This document shows positions 49,690 through 62,208 of a stretch of DNA of 64,000 nucleotides, one piece after another; positions within the stretch are counted from its first letter, which is position 1, and each line of letters begins with the position of its first letter. A program made the position numbers and the translations under genes. Below the pieces are notes generated by a model. The model ran no database searches. It was given only the letters and a program-made list of their open reading frames with translations, and was not told the DNA's origin. Source of the stretch: Mobula hypostoma (taxonomy: Eukaryota); assembly GCF_963921235.1 (NCBI RefSeq), contig NC_086108.1:248001-312000 (forward strand), in the 5' to 3' direction.

Positions 49690-51570
49690 ATGGACCCTAT
49701 GCAGATTACAGAGAAGGAGGTGCTTGCTGTCCTGAGGAAAATCAGGGTGGGTAAATCCCCAGGGCCTGACAAGGTGTTCCCTCAGACCCTGGGGGAGGCT
49801 AGTGCAGAAACTGCAGGGGCCCTAGCAGAGATATTTAAATAATTCTTAGTGACAAGAAAGGTTCTAAACATAAACCAGGAAATTACAGACTGCTCAGTCT
49901 GACATCAGTAGTGGGATAGTTATTGGAAAGTATTCTAAGGGACTGGATATATGAGTATTTGGATAGACGTGGGACTGATTCAGGATAGTCAGCATGGCTT
50001 TGTGCATGGTAAATCATGTCTAACCAATCCTGGAGAGTGTTTTGAGCGAGTTACCAGGAAAGGGGATGAAGGCAAAGCAGTGGATGTTGTTTATGTGGAC
50101 TTTAGCAAGGCATTTGACAAGGTCCCGTATGTGAGATTGGTCAAGAGGGTTCAGTCGCTTGGCATTCAGCATAGGTTGTAAATTGGATTAGACATTGGCT
50201 TTGTGGGAGAAACCAGAGAGTGGTAGTAGAGGTTTGCCTCTCCGACTGGAGCCTCTGCCTGTGACCAGCGGTGTGCTGCAGGGACCAGTGCTGGGCCCAT
50301 TGTTGTTTGTCATCTCTATCAGTGTTCTGGATGATAATGTAGTTAACTGGATCAGTAAATTTGCAGATGACACCATGTTTGAGGATATAGTGGACAGTGA
50401 GGAAGGCGGTCATGGCTTGCAGAGGGATCTGGATCAGCTGGAAAAATGGGTTGAAAAATGGCAGCTGGAAGTCAATGCAGACAAGTGCGAGGTGTTACAT
50501 TTAGGTAGGACCAGCCGGGGAAGGTCTTACACAGTGAATGGTGGGGCACTGAGGAGTGTGGTAGAACAAAGGGATCTGGGAATAGTGGTCCAAAATTCAT
50601 TGAAAGTAGTGTCACAGGTAGAAAGAAAGCTGTTGTCACATCGGCTTTCATAAATCAATGTATTGAGTACAAGAGATGGGATGTTATGTTGAAGTTGTAT
50701 AAGACATTGGTGAGGCCTAATTTGGAGTATCGTATGCAGTTTTGGTCACTTATCTACAGGAAAGATGTATAGTAAATAAGGTTGAAATAGTAGAGGAAAA
50801 ATTTACAAAAATGTAGCTGGGTCTGGAGGATCTGAGTTATAAGGAAAGATGGAATAGGTTAGGACTTTCTTCCTTAGAATGTAGAAGGTTGAGAGGAGAT
50901 TTGACAGAAATATTCAGGATTATGAGGGGTACAGATAGGGTAAATGCAAGCAGGCTTTTTCCACTGAGGTTCAGTGTGACCACAACCAGGGATCATGGGT
51001 TAGGGTGAAAGGTGAAAGATGAGGAGAAACGTCTTCACTCAGATGGTGGTGACCAGTGTGGAATGAGCTGCCAACACAAGTGCTGCATGCGTGCTTGGTT
51101 TCAACGTTTCAGCGAAGTTTGGATAGGATGGAGGACTATGATCCTGGTGCAGGTCAGTGGGTGTCGGCAGTTTAGCAGGGTTTGGCATGGACAAGATGGG
51201 CCAAGAGGCCTGTTCCTGTGCTGTACTTTTCTATGACAATGACTCTGGAAACACTGATTCGTTACGTCAGACTTGTTACACGGAGCTTGGGAGGGTGAGA
51301 CTAGAACTAGAGCTGGTGGGTTAAGGGTGAAAAGTGAGAAGTTTAAGGGGAACATGAAGGGAAACTTCTTCACTCGGAGGGTAGTGAGAGGATGGAGCAA
51401 GCTGCCAGCAGAAGAGATAGATGGAGGTGCGATTTCAACATTTAAGATAAATTTGTACATGGATGGTAGGGCTACAGACTGGGTGCCGGTCAATGGGACC
51501 AGACAGATTAATGATTCAGCATGGACTAGATGGGCCAAAGGGCCTGTTTGTTTACGGTAGTGCTTTCTGA
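49690..51570 (+). mobile_element. Degraded CR1 RT and 3' fragments
   Basis: KSPGPD, QHGFVHGKSCLTN, YVDFSKAFDKVP and FADD in broken frames. Confidence 0.9.
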
Positions 51571-51904
51571 CTGTGAATGTAAACCACCAGGCAACTTCAC
51601 AAGATGGAATATTGTGGGTTCAGGGTGCAGTCAACCTTTTCAAAGGCAACTATGAATCGGCAAGAAATCACTTCCATTAATTCCTGTCAAAAAGGGGGGA
51701 AATGAATCAAGAGAGCTGATATTTCCTTCAATGGATACACAGTCTATCTTGTGGCTTGCAGTGCTATTGACCTCTCACACAATAACACAAATGGTGGGGC
51801 AGAGTACTTGATCAGCGAAGTCACTGGGCAATGCCATCCGATGGATGAACGGTGGCCTGCGATAGATTAGAACTGACGGCTCTGTAAAATGTTGTTTCTT
51901 GCAG

Positions 51905-52130
51905 AAAGCTGTCTTTCTTTAACCAGTACATGGAGGGCAATGCCTATGACCTGGAGGTGCTGTGGAGCAGTATTGAGGACGTGATCATCAAAACCATTCT
52001 GTCTGTGTATCCGGCCCTGAGGAACACCTACTGCACCTGCTTCCGAAATCACGTGTCTGGGAGTGCTTGCTTTCAGCTGCTCGGCTTTGACATCCTGCTG
52101 GACCACAGCTTGAAACCCTGGCTGATGAAG
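51905..52130 (+). CDS. TTLL6/TTLL13-like: TTLL6/13-like exon: KLSFFNQYMEGNAYDLEVLWSSIEDVIIKTILSVYPALRNTYCTCFRNHVSGSACFQLLGFDILLDHSLKPWLMK
   Basis: tttcttgcag / gtacgc, 226 nt. Contains IEDVIIKT and SACF.(I/L)LGFDILLD..LKPWL. Confidence 0.96.
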
Positions 52131-53589
52131 GTACGCGCGCCTCTGGGATACATAAAGATTAAGCGGATAATTCAGGTGACTGCATAAAACATGCAAATGT
52201 AACATCATGATGGGATGGCCAGTAATATCGTGAAGGATCCCATCAACCCTGCTCACTGTTTGTCCCCACTCCCATCAGAGAGGAGGCTCTGTAGCATTCA
52301 CATCAGGACCACCAGACTCAAAACCTGTTACTTTCCCCAAGCAGTCCTCCAAGAGGACCACAACCGTGTTGTAGGGTTTGGAGGCTTGTGTGCCTCAATG
52401 ACCCGGAGAGGGCTGCACGCTGGAGCCGGGGCTTTAGGCTTTGGCTCTTGGTAGGGTCACCCATGACAAACAGGTCAAAGGGTAGAGGCCAGACTGAGAG
52501 CGGTGTACCGGTCCTCCAGGTTCGAGGGCTCAATTCAGCACTAACAGCACTGACCACTAAAACAAAACTGTTACGCAAACAGCATTGAAGAATCCTCCTA
52601 CATCTGAGTGTGGCGGTGTTCCTGAGTCTCCACCTGGGACTTACATGTCCGACAGTAGTGAAAATCGAGAGGAAGCTACGGGTATGATCAAGGAATCTCT
52701 GAACACCACCAGAGATGAGGACCTTCACTGTTGTCCTAAACACCAGCACTGTAATGGGCATTCAGTAAGTCCCCAAGTACTGAGGCTGATCAACACCCCC
52801 AACCACTAACCCACCCCTCCACACACCCGCAACCACCACTACTTTATCATTTCCTGTCAGAGTCACCTTATGTACAGAAACTCCTGTTCCCAGCGTCACT
52901 TTATGGACATACAATCAATCTATGCATATAAACTATCTAATGTATTTATATTTACTGTGTTTTTTTCCCATTATTATTGTGTTTTTTTCCACTTTTCCAT
53001 TATTATGGTTATCGAAAAGGTGTTATATTTGGATGTGTGCAGTGTACAGAATAAGGTCGTTGAACTTGTGGCACAGTTGCAGACTGGCATATATGATCAG
53101 AATTAGAATCAGGTTTATTATCAACGGTATGTGTCATGAAATTTGTTAACTTAGCAGCAGCAGTTCAATGGAACTGTTCAGGAACAGTTATTACCCCACT
53201 CAACCATCAGGAAGAAGGTACAGGGTCTTGAACCAAAGGGGATATCTTCACTTAACTTCACTCACCTCAGCATTGAACTGCTCCCACAGCCTATGGACTC
53301 ACTTTGAAGGACTCTTCATCTCATATTCTTGATATTTATTGTTTGTTTATTTATTTATTCTGGAGGTTTTGTTTGATTCCTTTTAAATACTGTGAAGGTC
53401 CTCAAGTAAGTGAATCTCAGTGAATCAACATATGCCTGTGGTCATATGTACTTTGATAATAAATTTACTTTGAACTTGACTTTGAGTAGAAGAGCAGAAA
53501 ACAGTGCAGAAGCAGTTTGACAATGACAGCCTTAAGGTAAAAAAAAGTTAAACCAACTTTCTGACCGTTATCCCAAAATCTGCTCCCTG

Positions 53590-54190
53590 TGGAAACGGAT
53601 AGATGGGTTCATAAACACAGATTTTGGCACTTTGGTCTTCATTAATCAAATTGTTGAGTACAGAAGCTGAGTTGTTAGATTGAAGCTCTTGAAGATATTG
53701 GTGAGGCTTACTTTGGAGTATTCTGGTCACCTAACTACAGGAAAGATATCAATGATTTGAAAGATAGCAGAGAATATTCACAAGGATGTTGCTGGGTCTG
53801 GAGGGAAAGTTATTCTCTAGAGCACAAGGGAATCAAGGAAGATTTGATAAAAGTGTACGAAACCATGAGGAACGTAGAGTAAATGGAAGCATGCTTTTGC
53901 CGCTGAGGATGGGTGAGACTAGAACTAGAGGTCATGGGTTAATTGAGAAAGGTGAAATGTTTAAGGGGAACATGAAAGGGATCTTCTTCACTCAGAGAGT
54001 GGTGAGAGTGTGCCAGCGGAAGTGGCAGATGCGACATTTAAGAAAAGTTTAGATAAGTATGTGGATGGGAGGGGTATTGAGGTCTATGGTACAGGTTCAG
54101 ATTGATAGGAATTGGCAAAATAATATTTTGGCATGGACTAGATGGGCCAAATGGCCTACTTCTGTCTTTTAGTGCTGTAAGGCTATGACA
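53590..54190 (+). mobile_element. Degenerate CR1 3' fragment
   Basis: TRTRGHGL...FKGNM...FFTQRVV. Confidence 0.75.
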
Positions 54191-54321
54191 CAATGGAAGA
54201 TGTGCATCTGTAGATGGGTGGAGGACCATGGTCGTTTATGATAGTACCCATAGACAAAGACCTGGCATTTGTCCATAGTTAAATCCACATTAAAATGGTT
54301 CCAGAGAGGAAGACACCAGAG

Positions 54322-55030
54322 GCTGGCAATCCAAAGCAACACACAGACACACACAGACACACACAAAGACACACACACACAGACGCAAAGACATACAAGG
54401 TTGTTGGTGATGGGTGAAACCAGGAGATGGGGAGTGGGGAGGTAAAGATCTGAGAAATTGGTGAACGAGATAAAGGGCTGGGGAAGGGGGAATCTGATAG
54501 GAGAGGACAGAAGGCCATGGAAGAAAGGGAAAGGGGAAGAGCACCAGAGGGAGGTGATGGGCTGGTAAGGAGATAAGTTGAGGGAGCAAAATAGGAATGG
54601 GGAATGGTGAAGTGGGGGGGGGTCATTACCGGAAGCAGGAGAAATTGTGTCATCAGGTTGGAGGCTACGCAGACGGAATAAGGAGTTGTTCCTCCAACCC
54701 GAGTGTGGCCTCATTGCGGCAGTAGAGGTGGCCATGGACTGACATGTTGGAATGGGAATAGGAAATAGAATTAAAATTGGTGGCCACCAGGAGAAGTGCC
54801 ACACCTGCACTTGGATCTCCTCCCTCACTACCATTTGGGGCCCAAACGGTCCTTCCAGGTGAGGCGACATTTCACCTGTGAGTCTGTTGGGGTCATCTGT
54901 TGTATCCGGTGCTCCTGGTGTGGCTTCCTGTATATCGGAGAGACCCGGCCCAGTTTGGGAGACCGCTTCAACGAGCACCTACAGTCCATCCACCAGAGAA
55001 AAACAGGACCTCCCGGTGGCCACCAATTGA
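54322..55030. mobile_element. Penelope fragment with internal inversion (minus-strand 3' end joined to plus-strand GIY-YIG)
   Basis: Plus: FTCESVGVICCIRCSWCGFLYIGETRPSLGDRFNEHL (~54870-54985). Minus: FRL.SLQPD plus C/T-rich tail (54322-54790). Confidence 0.85.
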
Positions 55031-55649
55031 CCTGGATGAGGAAGTGGAAGGATGGGTTAGTAAATCTGCTGATGACACAAAGGTTGGATAGTGTGGAGGG
55101 CTGTCAGAGGTTACAGCGGGACATTGATAGGATGCAAAACTGGGCTGAGAAGTGGCACCCTACCTGGATCACCTTCTTAATGGCTCTGGTCCAGGGCTCC
55201 AGCCAGCATTGTTCAATGGTCTTTGCCCCTAGATCCGTGCCTTTGTTTTTTTCAACTCGGCCTGGTTCAAACCAGTTAAGGTAGCTGACCCAGGCACTGA
55301 GCCTAATGAGGTTGTAGATTTCTTCTCCAAGTCTGCCACTTTACATTATAAATAGCTGCTTGTCTGAGAGTGGTCCCGGGTTAGCCGGTCGTTAGCTGAA
55401 ACTCCTTGCGTCCACATTCAATTGCTCTGATTAGATAATCCCAGAGCTAGAATCGAAGAGTTCACAAAATGGAGGGTGTGCAAGGACAGTCTCACAAAAT
55501 GGCCGCCTCCACCTCCTTTCAGCATGTGGCAAGAACAAAGACAGTTTGTTTGCCTACTTGCACTGCCCTTGATTCATTTGAATTCACTGATTTGTAGACT
55601 GTTGTTCTTTGTGGCCAACACTATTAATTTTTAATTATTAACGTTGCAG

Positions 55650-55831
55650 GTTAAGCATTCACTGAGCTCTGTGATGGACTCCAAGCTTGATCAAGAGGTG
55701 AAGGAGGATCTTCTTTATGATACACTCTGCATGATTAACCTTGCAGCTTGTGGCCGGCAGAAAGACATGGCGGAAGAGAGGCCACGAAAGAAGGAACAGC
55801 TGCCTAAGATCTGGTGGTCGCGGGAGTACAG
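55650..55831 (+). CDS. TTLL6/TTLL13-like: TTLL6/13-like exon: VKHSLSSVMDSKLDQEVKEDLLYDTLCMINLAACGRQKDMAEERPRKKEQLPKIWWSREY(R)
   Basis: ttaacgttgcag / gtgact, 182 nt. Homologous to VNHSPSF.TDS.LD.EVK..LLYDTL..INL and the start of the cationic microtubule-binding region. Confidence 0.93.
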
Positions 55832-56199
55832 GTGACTGAAAGACTGAAGAGTGCCACGCTGGGCAACGATAATTAATGAATATTCCTGCTCTCAAATTCA
55901 GCTGCACACACAAAGTGCTGGAGGAACTCAGCAGGCCAGGCAGCACCCATTTAGAACGGAGATGACGAGAAGTTTCTTTTGCCAGAGGGTGGTGAATCTG
56001 TGGAATTCATCGTCACAGATGGGAGTGGAGGCCAAGTCATCGGGTATATTTAAGGCAGAGGGTGATAGATCCTTGATTAGTCAGGGCATGAGGGGTTATG
56101 GAGAGAAGGCAGGAGTTTGAGGCTGAGATGGGAAGGGATCAGTCGTGATCAAACGGCAAAGCAGCTCCGATGGGCCAAATGGCCTAATTCTGCTCGTCT

Positions 56200-57575
56200 T
56201 ACGGAAATGAACAAACAGTCGCATTTTGGGCCGAGACCCTTCTTCAGGACTGGAAAGAATAAAAAGGTGTGGGGAGGGAGGGGAAGGAGGATAGCTAGAA
56301 TAGGTAAAGCCAGGTGGGTGGGAAAGGTGAAGGGTTGGAGAGGAAGGAATCTGATAGGAGAGGAGAGTGGACCGTGGGAGAAAGGGAAGGAGGAGGAGTG
56401 CAAACAAGAGACCTCATGCCATCTCAAAAGATTTTTTCTCCTCAGGCAGTTCATCTGATCAACCATCCTAGTTACTCCCCCCGACCCCCAACCCCCTCTA
56501 ACTATTACCCTGTCACTGCACTGAACTGTAAACACTATAAACCACATTTTGATAAGCTATCTACCTTGTAAATCCAAACTGGTATTTATATATTCCATAT
56601 CCAAACTTTAACCTCTGGCTTACCTTTGTCTACTTCCTTATTCTTTAATGGAGGGTCTCGGCCAGAAACATTGACTGTTTATTCCTTTCCGTAGATATGG
56701 CCTGACCTGCTGAGTTCCTCCAGCATTTTGTGTCTGTTACTTTGGATTTCCAGCACCTGCGGAATCTCTTTTCTTTATTCTGTATAATTGTTGTACATTG
56801 TTGGATTTTGTCGCCTGTCATGCCCTGACCAACACCATGCAGTGAATTCCAAATATGTGCAAACTTATCTGGTGCATAAAGTTGATCCTCGATCTTAATG
56901 TTGGCCTCTCCTATCCTTCTATAAAAGCTTCCCCTCCAAAGTATCGCTGCTATTCCCTGCACATTTTGAAGTTCCACATTTTCCCACTGCTCAGGCATAG
57001 CCGCCGAGCGCCTCTGGGCCATCCGCCACCAGTGTGACATTCTGCTGGCCAAAGATTTTAATTCTGATTCCCATTCCCACATGTCGGTCCACGGCCTCCT
57101 CGTGCCAAGGTGAGTCCACCCTCAGGGTGGAGGAGTAACACCTTATATTGTGTCTGGGTAGCCTCCAATGTGACAGTATGAATATCGATTTCTCCTTCTG
57201 GAAAACAAATTTCAACCCCCCCCCCCCAAATCTTCACTGTTCCTTCCTCCATTCTTTTCTTCTCATGTGCTTATTACATCCTTCTGTGTCCCCTGCTCCT
57301 TCCCTTTCTCCTGTTGTCCACTCTGCTCTCCTATCAGATTCTTTCCTCTCCTGCCCTTGACCTTTCCCACCCACCTGGCTTCACCTATCACCTCCCAGCG
57401 ATCCTCCTTCTCCCCCCCTCATCTTCTTATTCAGGCATCTTCCCCTTCCTTTCCGGTCCGGATGAATGGTCTCAGCCCGAAATGTCGACTGTCTATTCCC
57501 TTCCACAGATGCTGCCTGACCTGCTGAGTTCCTCCAGCATTTTGGATTTCCAGCAACTGCAGACTTTCTTGTGTC
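56200..57575. mobile_element. Cluster of Penelope 3'/pLTR fragments in both orientations
   Basis: Degenerate hammerhead motifs at ~56215-56252 (-), ~56645-56680 (+) and ~57455-57492 (+), with the family tail on the two + copies. Confidence 0.7.
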
Positions 57576-58069
57576 AGAAGTTCCTGCTGCTGCTTAGAGC
57601 TGCAACGAAGGGGAAAGGAGGTGGATTCAGCAGGCAGGCAGAGGTGGAGTGAAGACTGTGGGCTGGACTGCGCTCGAGAGGACAAGAACATATCACCAAG
57701 GAAGTAATGCTGAGGCTTTATAAGGCACTGGTCAGACCGCACTTGGAGTATTGTGAGCAGTTCTGGGTGGCGGGGCGGAGATACGTTTCTACCAAAGAAG
57801 GTGCAAGGTGCCCCTTCCCCCATCTAGCCTGCAGGTCACCCTTGGACAAGATGTAGCAGCTAGTTAGCCCCCTGATCAGGGAGTAGGTGGTGGATAGTCG
57901 TATGAGCAGCCGGTGCAGATCGCAAGTCCTGGGTATGTGAGCACTGACGCCAGGCAGACAATCTCTGAAGAGTATTGATAATGACTGGGGTCACCCGTCT
58001 TTTAAAGACACTGGCCCAGAAGAAGACAATGGCAGACCACTGCTGTAGATAACTTTGCCAAGAGCAATC

Positions 58070-61000
58070 AATAGACAATAGGCAATAGGTGCAGGAGTAG
58101 GCCATTCAGCCCTTCGAGCCAGCACCGCCATTCACTGTGATAATGGCTGATCATTCACAATCAGTACCCTTTTCCTGCCTTCTCCCCATATCCCTTGACT
58201 CCGCTATCATTAAGAGCTCTATCTAGCTCTTTCTTGAAAGCATCCAGGGAATTGGCCTCTACTGCCTTCTGAGGCAGAGCATTCCACAGATCCACAACTC
58301 TCTGGGTGAAAAAGTTTATCCTTAACTCCATTCTACGTGGCCTACCCATTATTGTCAAACTGTGGCCTCTGGTTCTGGACTCCCCCAACATTGGGAACAT
58401 GTTTCCTGCCTCTAGCGTGTCCAATCCCTTAATAATCTTGTATGTTTCAATCAGATCCCCTCTCATCCTTCTAAAGTTCAGTGTATACAAGCCCAAATAG
58501 CTCCAATCTTTCACCATATGACAGTCCCGCCATCCTGGGAATTAATCGCGTGAACCTCGACTGCACTCCCTCAATAGCAAGAATGTCCTTCCTCAAATTT
58601 GGAGACCAAAACTGTATACAATACTTCAGTTGTGGTCTCACCAGGGCCCTGTACAACTGCAGAAGGACCTCTTTGCTCCTATACTCAACTCAACTCCCCT
58701 TGTTACGCCATTAGCTTTCTTCACTGCCTGCTGTACCTGCATGCTTACTTTCAGTGACTGATGAACAAGGACACCAAGATCTTGTTGTACTTCCCCTTTC
58801 CTAACTTGACACCATTCAAATAGTAATCTGCCTTCCTGTTCTTGCCACCAAAGTGGATAACCTCACATTTATCCACATTAAACTGCATCTGCCCACTCAC
58901 CCAACCTGTCCAAGTCATCCTGCATTATCTCAACATCCTCCGCACATTTCACCCTGCCACCCAGCTTTGTGTCATCTGCAAATTTGCTAATGTTACTTTT
59001 AATCCCTTCATCTAAATCATTAATGTATATTGTAAATAGCTGCGGTCCCAGCACCGAGCCTTGTGGTACCCCACTAGTCACTGCCTGCCATTCTGAAAGG
59101 GACCCATTAATCCCTACTCTTTGTTTCCTGTCTGCCAACCAATTTTCTATCCCTGTCAGTACCGTACCCCCAGTACCATGTGCTCTAATTTTGCCCACTA
59201 ATCTCCTATGTGGGACCTTATCAAAGGCTTTCTGAAAGTCCAGGTACACTGGCTCTCCCTTGTCCATTTTCATAGTTGCATCCTCAAAAAATTCCAGAAG
59301 ATTAGTCAAGCATGATTTCCCCTTCGTAAATCCATGCTGACTTGGACCGATCCTGTTACTGCTACCCAAATGTGCCGCTATTTCATCCTTTATAATTGAC
59401 TCCAGCATCTTCCCCAGCACTGATGTCAGGCTAACTGGTCTATAATTCCCTGTTTTCTCTCTCCCTCCTTTCTTAAAGAGTGGAATAACATTAGCTACCC
59501 TCCAGTCCTCAGGAACTGATCCTGAATCTATAGAATATTGGAAAATAATTGCCAATGCATCCATGATTTCTAGAGCCACCTCAAGTACCCTGGGGTACAG
59601 ACCATCAGGCCCTGGGGATTTACCATCCTTCAGTCCCATCAGTCTATCCAATACCATTTTCTGCCTAATGTGAATCTCCTTCAGTTCCTCCGTTACCCTA
59701 GGTCCTCCGGCCACTATTACATCTGGGAGATTGTTTGTGTCTTCCCCAGTGAAGACAGATCCAAAGTACTTGTTCAACTCGTCTGCCATTTCCTTGTTCC
59801 CCATAATAAATTCACCCATTTCTGTCTTCAAGGGCCCAACTTTGGTCTTAACTAATTTTTTCCTCTTCACATACCTAAAGAAGCTTTTATTATCCTCCTT
59901 TCTATTCTTGGCTAGCTTGCCTTCGTATCTCATCTTTTCTCCCCATATTGCCTTTTAAGTTATCCTCTGTTGCTCTTTAAAAGTCTCCCAATCCTCTGGC
60001 TTCCCGCTCATCTTTGCTATGTTATACTACTTCTCTTTTATTTTTATACTGTGCTTGACTTCCCTTGTCATTCATGGTTGTCCCTTACTCCCCTTAGAAT
60101 CCTTCTTCCTCTTTGGAATGAACTGATCCTGCACCTTCCCAGAAGTACCTGCCATTGTTGTTCCACTGTCATCCCTGCTAGGGGATCTTTCCAGTCAACT
60201 TTGGCCAGCTCCTCCCTCATGGCTCCATAGTCCCCTTTGTTCAACTGCAATACTGACACTTCCGATTTTCCCTTCTCCCTCTCAAATTGTATTTGAAAAC
60301 TTATCATATTATGGTCACTACCTCCTAATGGCTTCTTTACCTCGAGTTCCCTTATCAAATCCGGTTCATTACACAACACTAAATCCAGAATTGCCTTCTC
60401 CCTGGTAGGTTCCAGTACAAGCTACTCTCAGAATCCATCTCAGAGGCACTCCACAAACTCCTTTTCTTGGGGTCTGGACCAACCTGATTTTCCCAGTCTA
60501 CCTGCATGTTGAAATCCCCCATAACAACCGTAGCATTACCTTTGCGACATGCCAGTTTTAACTCTTGATTCAACTTGCACCCTATATCCAGGCTACTGTT
60601 TGGGGCCCTGTAGATAACTCCCATTAAGGTCTTTTTGCCCTTACAATTTCTCAGTTCTATCCATACCGACTCTACATCTCCTGATTCTGTGTCGCCCCTT
60701 GCAAGGTACTGAATTTCATTCCTCACCAACAGAGCCACCCCACCCCCTCTACCCACCTGTCTGTTCTTTTGATAGGACCTATACCCTTGAATATTTATTT
60801 CCCAGCCCTGGTCCTTTTGCAGCCATGTCACTGTTATTCCTACAACGTCATACTTGCCAATTTCCAACTGAGCCTCAAGTTCATCCACTTTATTTCTTAT
60901 ACTCCATGCATTGATATATAATACTTTTAATCCATTACAGTACTCTCCTCACCTTTCACATTGATTCCTATTGCACTTGGCCATACTCTCCGATCCCTTC

Positions 61001-61252
61001 CTGAGCTTTCTGCCCCGTTAATTCTGTTGTCTTTCTTAACTTTCCTTATTCTCTCTTTCCCTTTAACTCCATCCTTATATTTCCTCTCCTCCCCCCCACT
61101 ATTTAGTTTAAACACACCAGTGTAGCAGGGGCAAACCTGCCTGCCAGAATGCTGGTCCCCCGCCTGTTAAGGTGCAACCTGTCCCTTTTGTACAATTCAT
61201 CCTTGCCCCAAAACAGATCCCAGTGGTCTAAGAATCTAAATCCCTGCTTCCC
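58070..61252 (-). mobile_element. Long CR1 LINE (ORF1 esterase C-terminus, APE, RT, 3' UTR) inserted in a family A SINE
   Basis: ORFs 61103-61297 (FLDHWDLFW..D.LHLN), 60379-60888 (APE), 58878-59933 (RT) and 58161-58517. SINE A resumes at ~61275. Confidence 0.95.
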
Positions 61253-61349
61253 ATGGGGCCATGGCCCAATCATGGCCGTGGGACCAAGATCACCCATGTC
61301 TTACAACACGGCACATAATGATGATGTCATATGACCCAGCACATAATGA

Positions 61350-62150
61350 TAGAAACATAGAAATGTACAGCTCAATACAGGCCCTTTGGCTCACAGAGCT
61401 GTGCCGAACATGTCCTTACTTTAAACATTACCTTGGGTTACCCATAGCCCTCCATTTTTCTAAGCTCCATGTACCTATCCAGGAGTCTTTTAAAAGACCC
61501 TATCATATCCGCCTCCACCACCGTTGCCGGCAGCCCATTCCACACCCTCACCACTCTCTGTGTGAAGAAACTTACCCCGACATCTCCTCTGTATCTGCTT
61601 CCAAGCACCTTAAAACTGTGCCCTCTCATTTCAGCCCTTTAACATCAAAAAAAGATGGGCTGGCACTGGAGAAAGTCCAGAGGAGGTTCAAAAGAATGAT
61701 CCTGGGAATGAAAGGGTTAAGTTTTGAGGAGCGTTTGATGGCCCTGGGCCTGTACTTGCTGGAGTTTAGAAAAATGTGGGAGGATCACATTGAAGTCTAT
61801 CAAATATTGAAAGGCCTAGGCAGAGTGGATGTAGAAAGGCTGTTTCTTTCTGTACGGGAATCTAAAACCAGAGGACACAGCCTGAGAATACAAGAATGTC
61901 CTTTTCGAACAGAGACAAGGAGGGATTTCTACAGCCGGCGGTGGTGAATCTGTGGAAATAATTGCAGAATATGGCTGTGGAGGCCAAGTCATTGGGTAAG
62001 AGGAGATTGATAGGTTCTTGTTTAGTAAGGGGGGAGTCAAAGGTTATGGAGAGAAGGCTGGAGAAGGAAAATATCTCAGCCGTGATGGAATTCTGGAGCA
62101 GGCTCGATGGGCTGAATGGCCTCATTTTGCTCCTGTGTTTTCTGGTCTTA
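61350..62150. mobile_element. Two CR1 3' fragments in opposite orientation
   Basis: Minus fragment 61350-61630 (RGHSFKV...FFTQRVV) joined to plus fragment 61640-62150. Confidence 0.8.
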
Positions 62151-62208
62151 TGGCAAGAGGTCGATTTTCAAAGGAATAACTGACACCTCCTCTTTGCTTT
62201 CCTATTAG

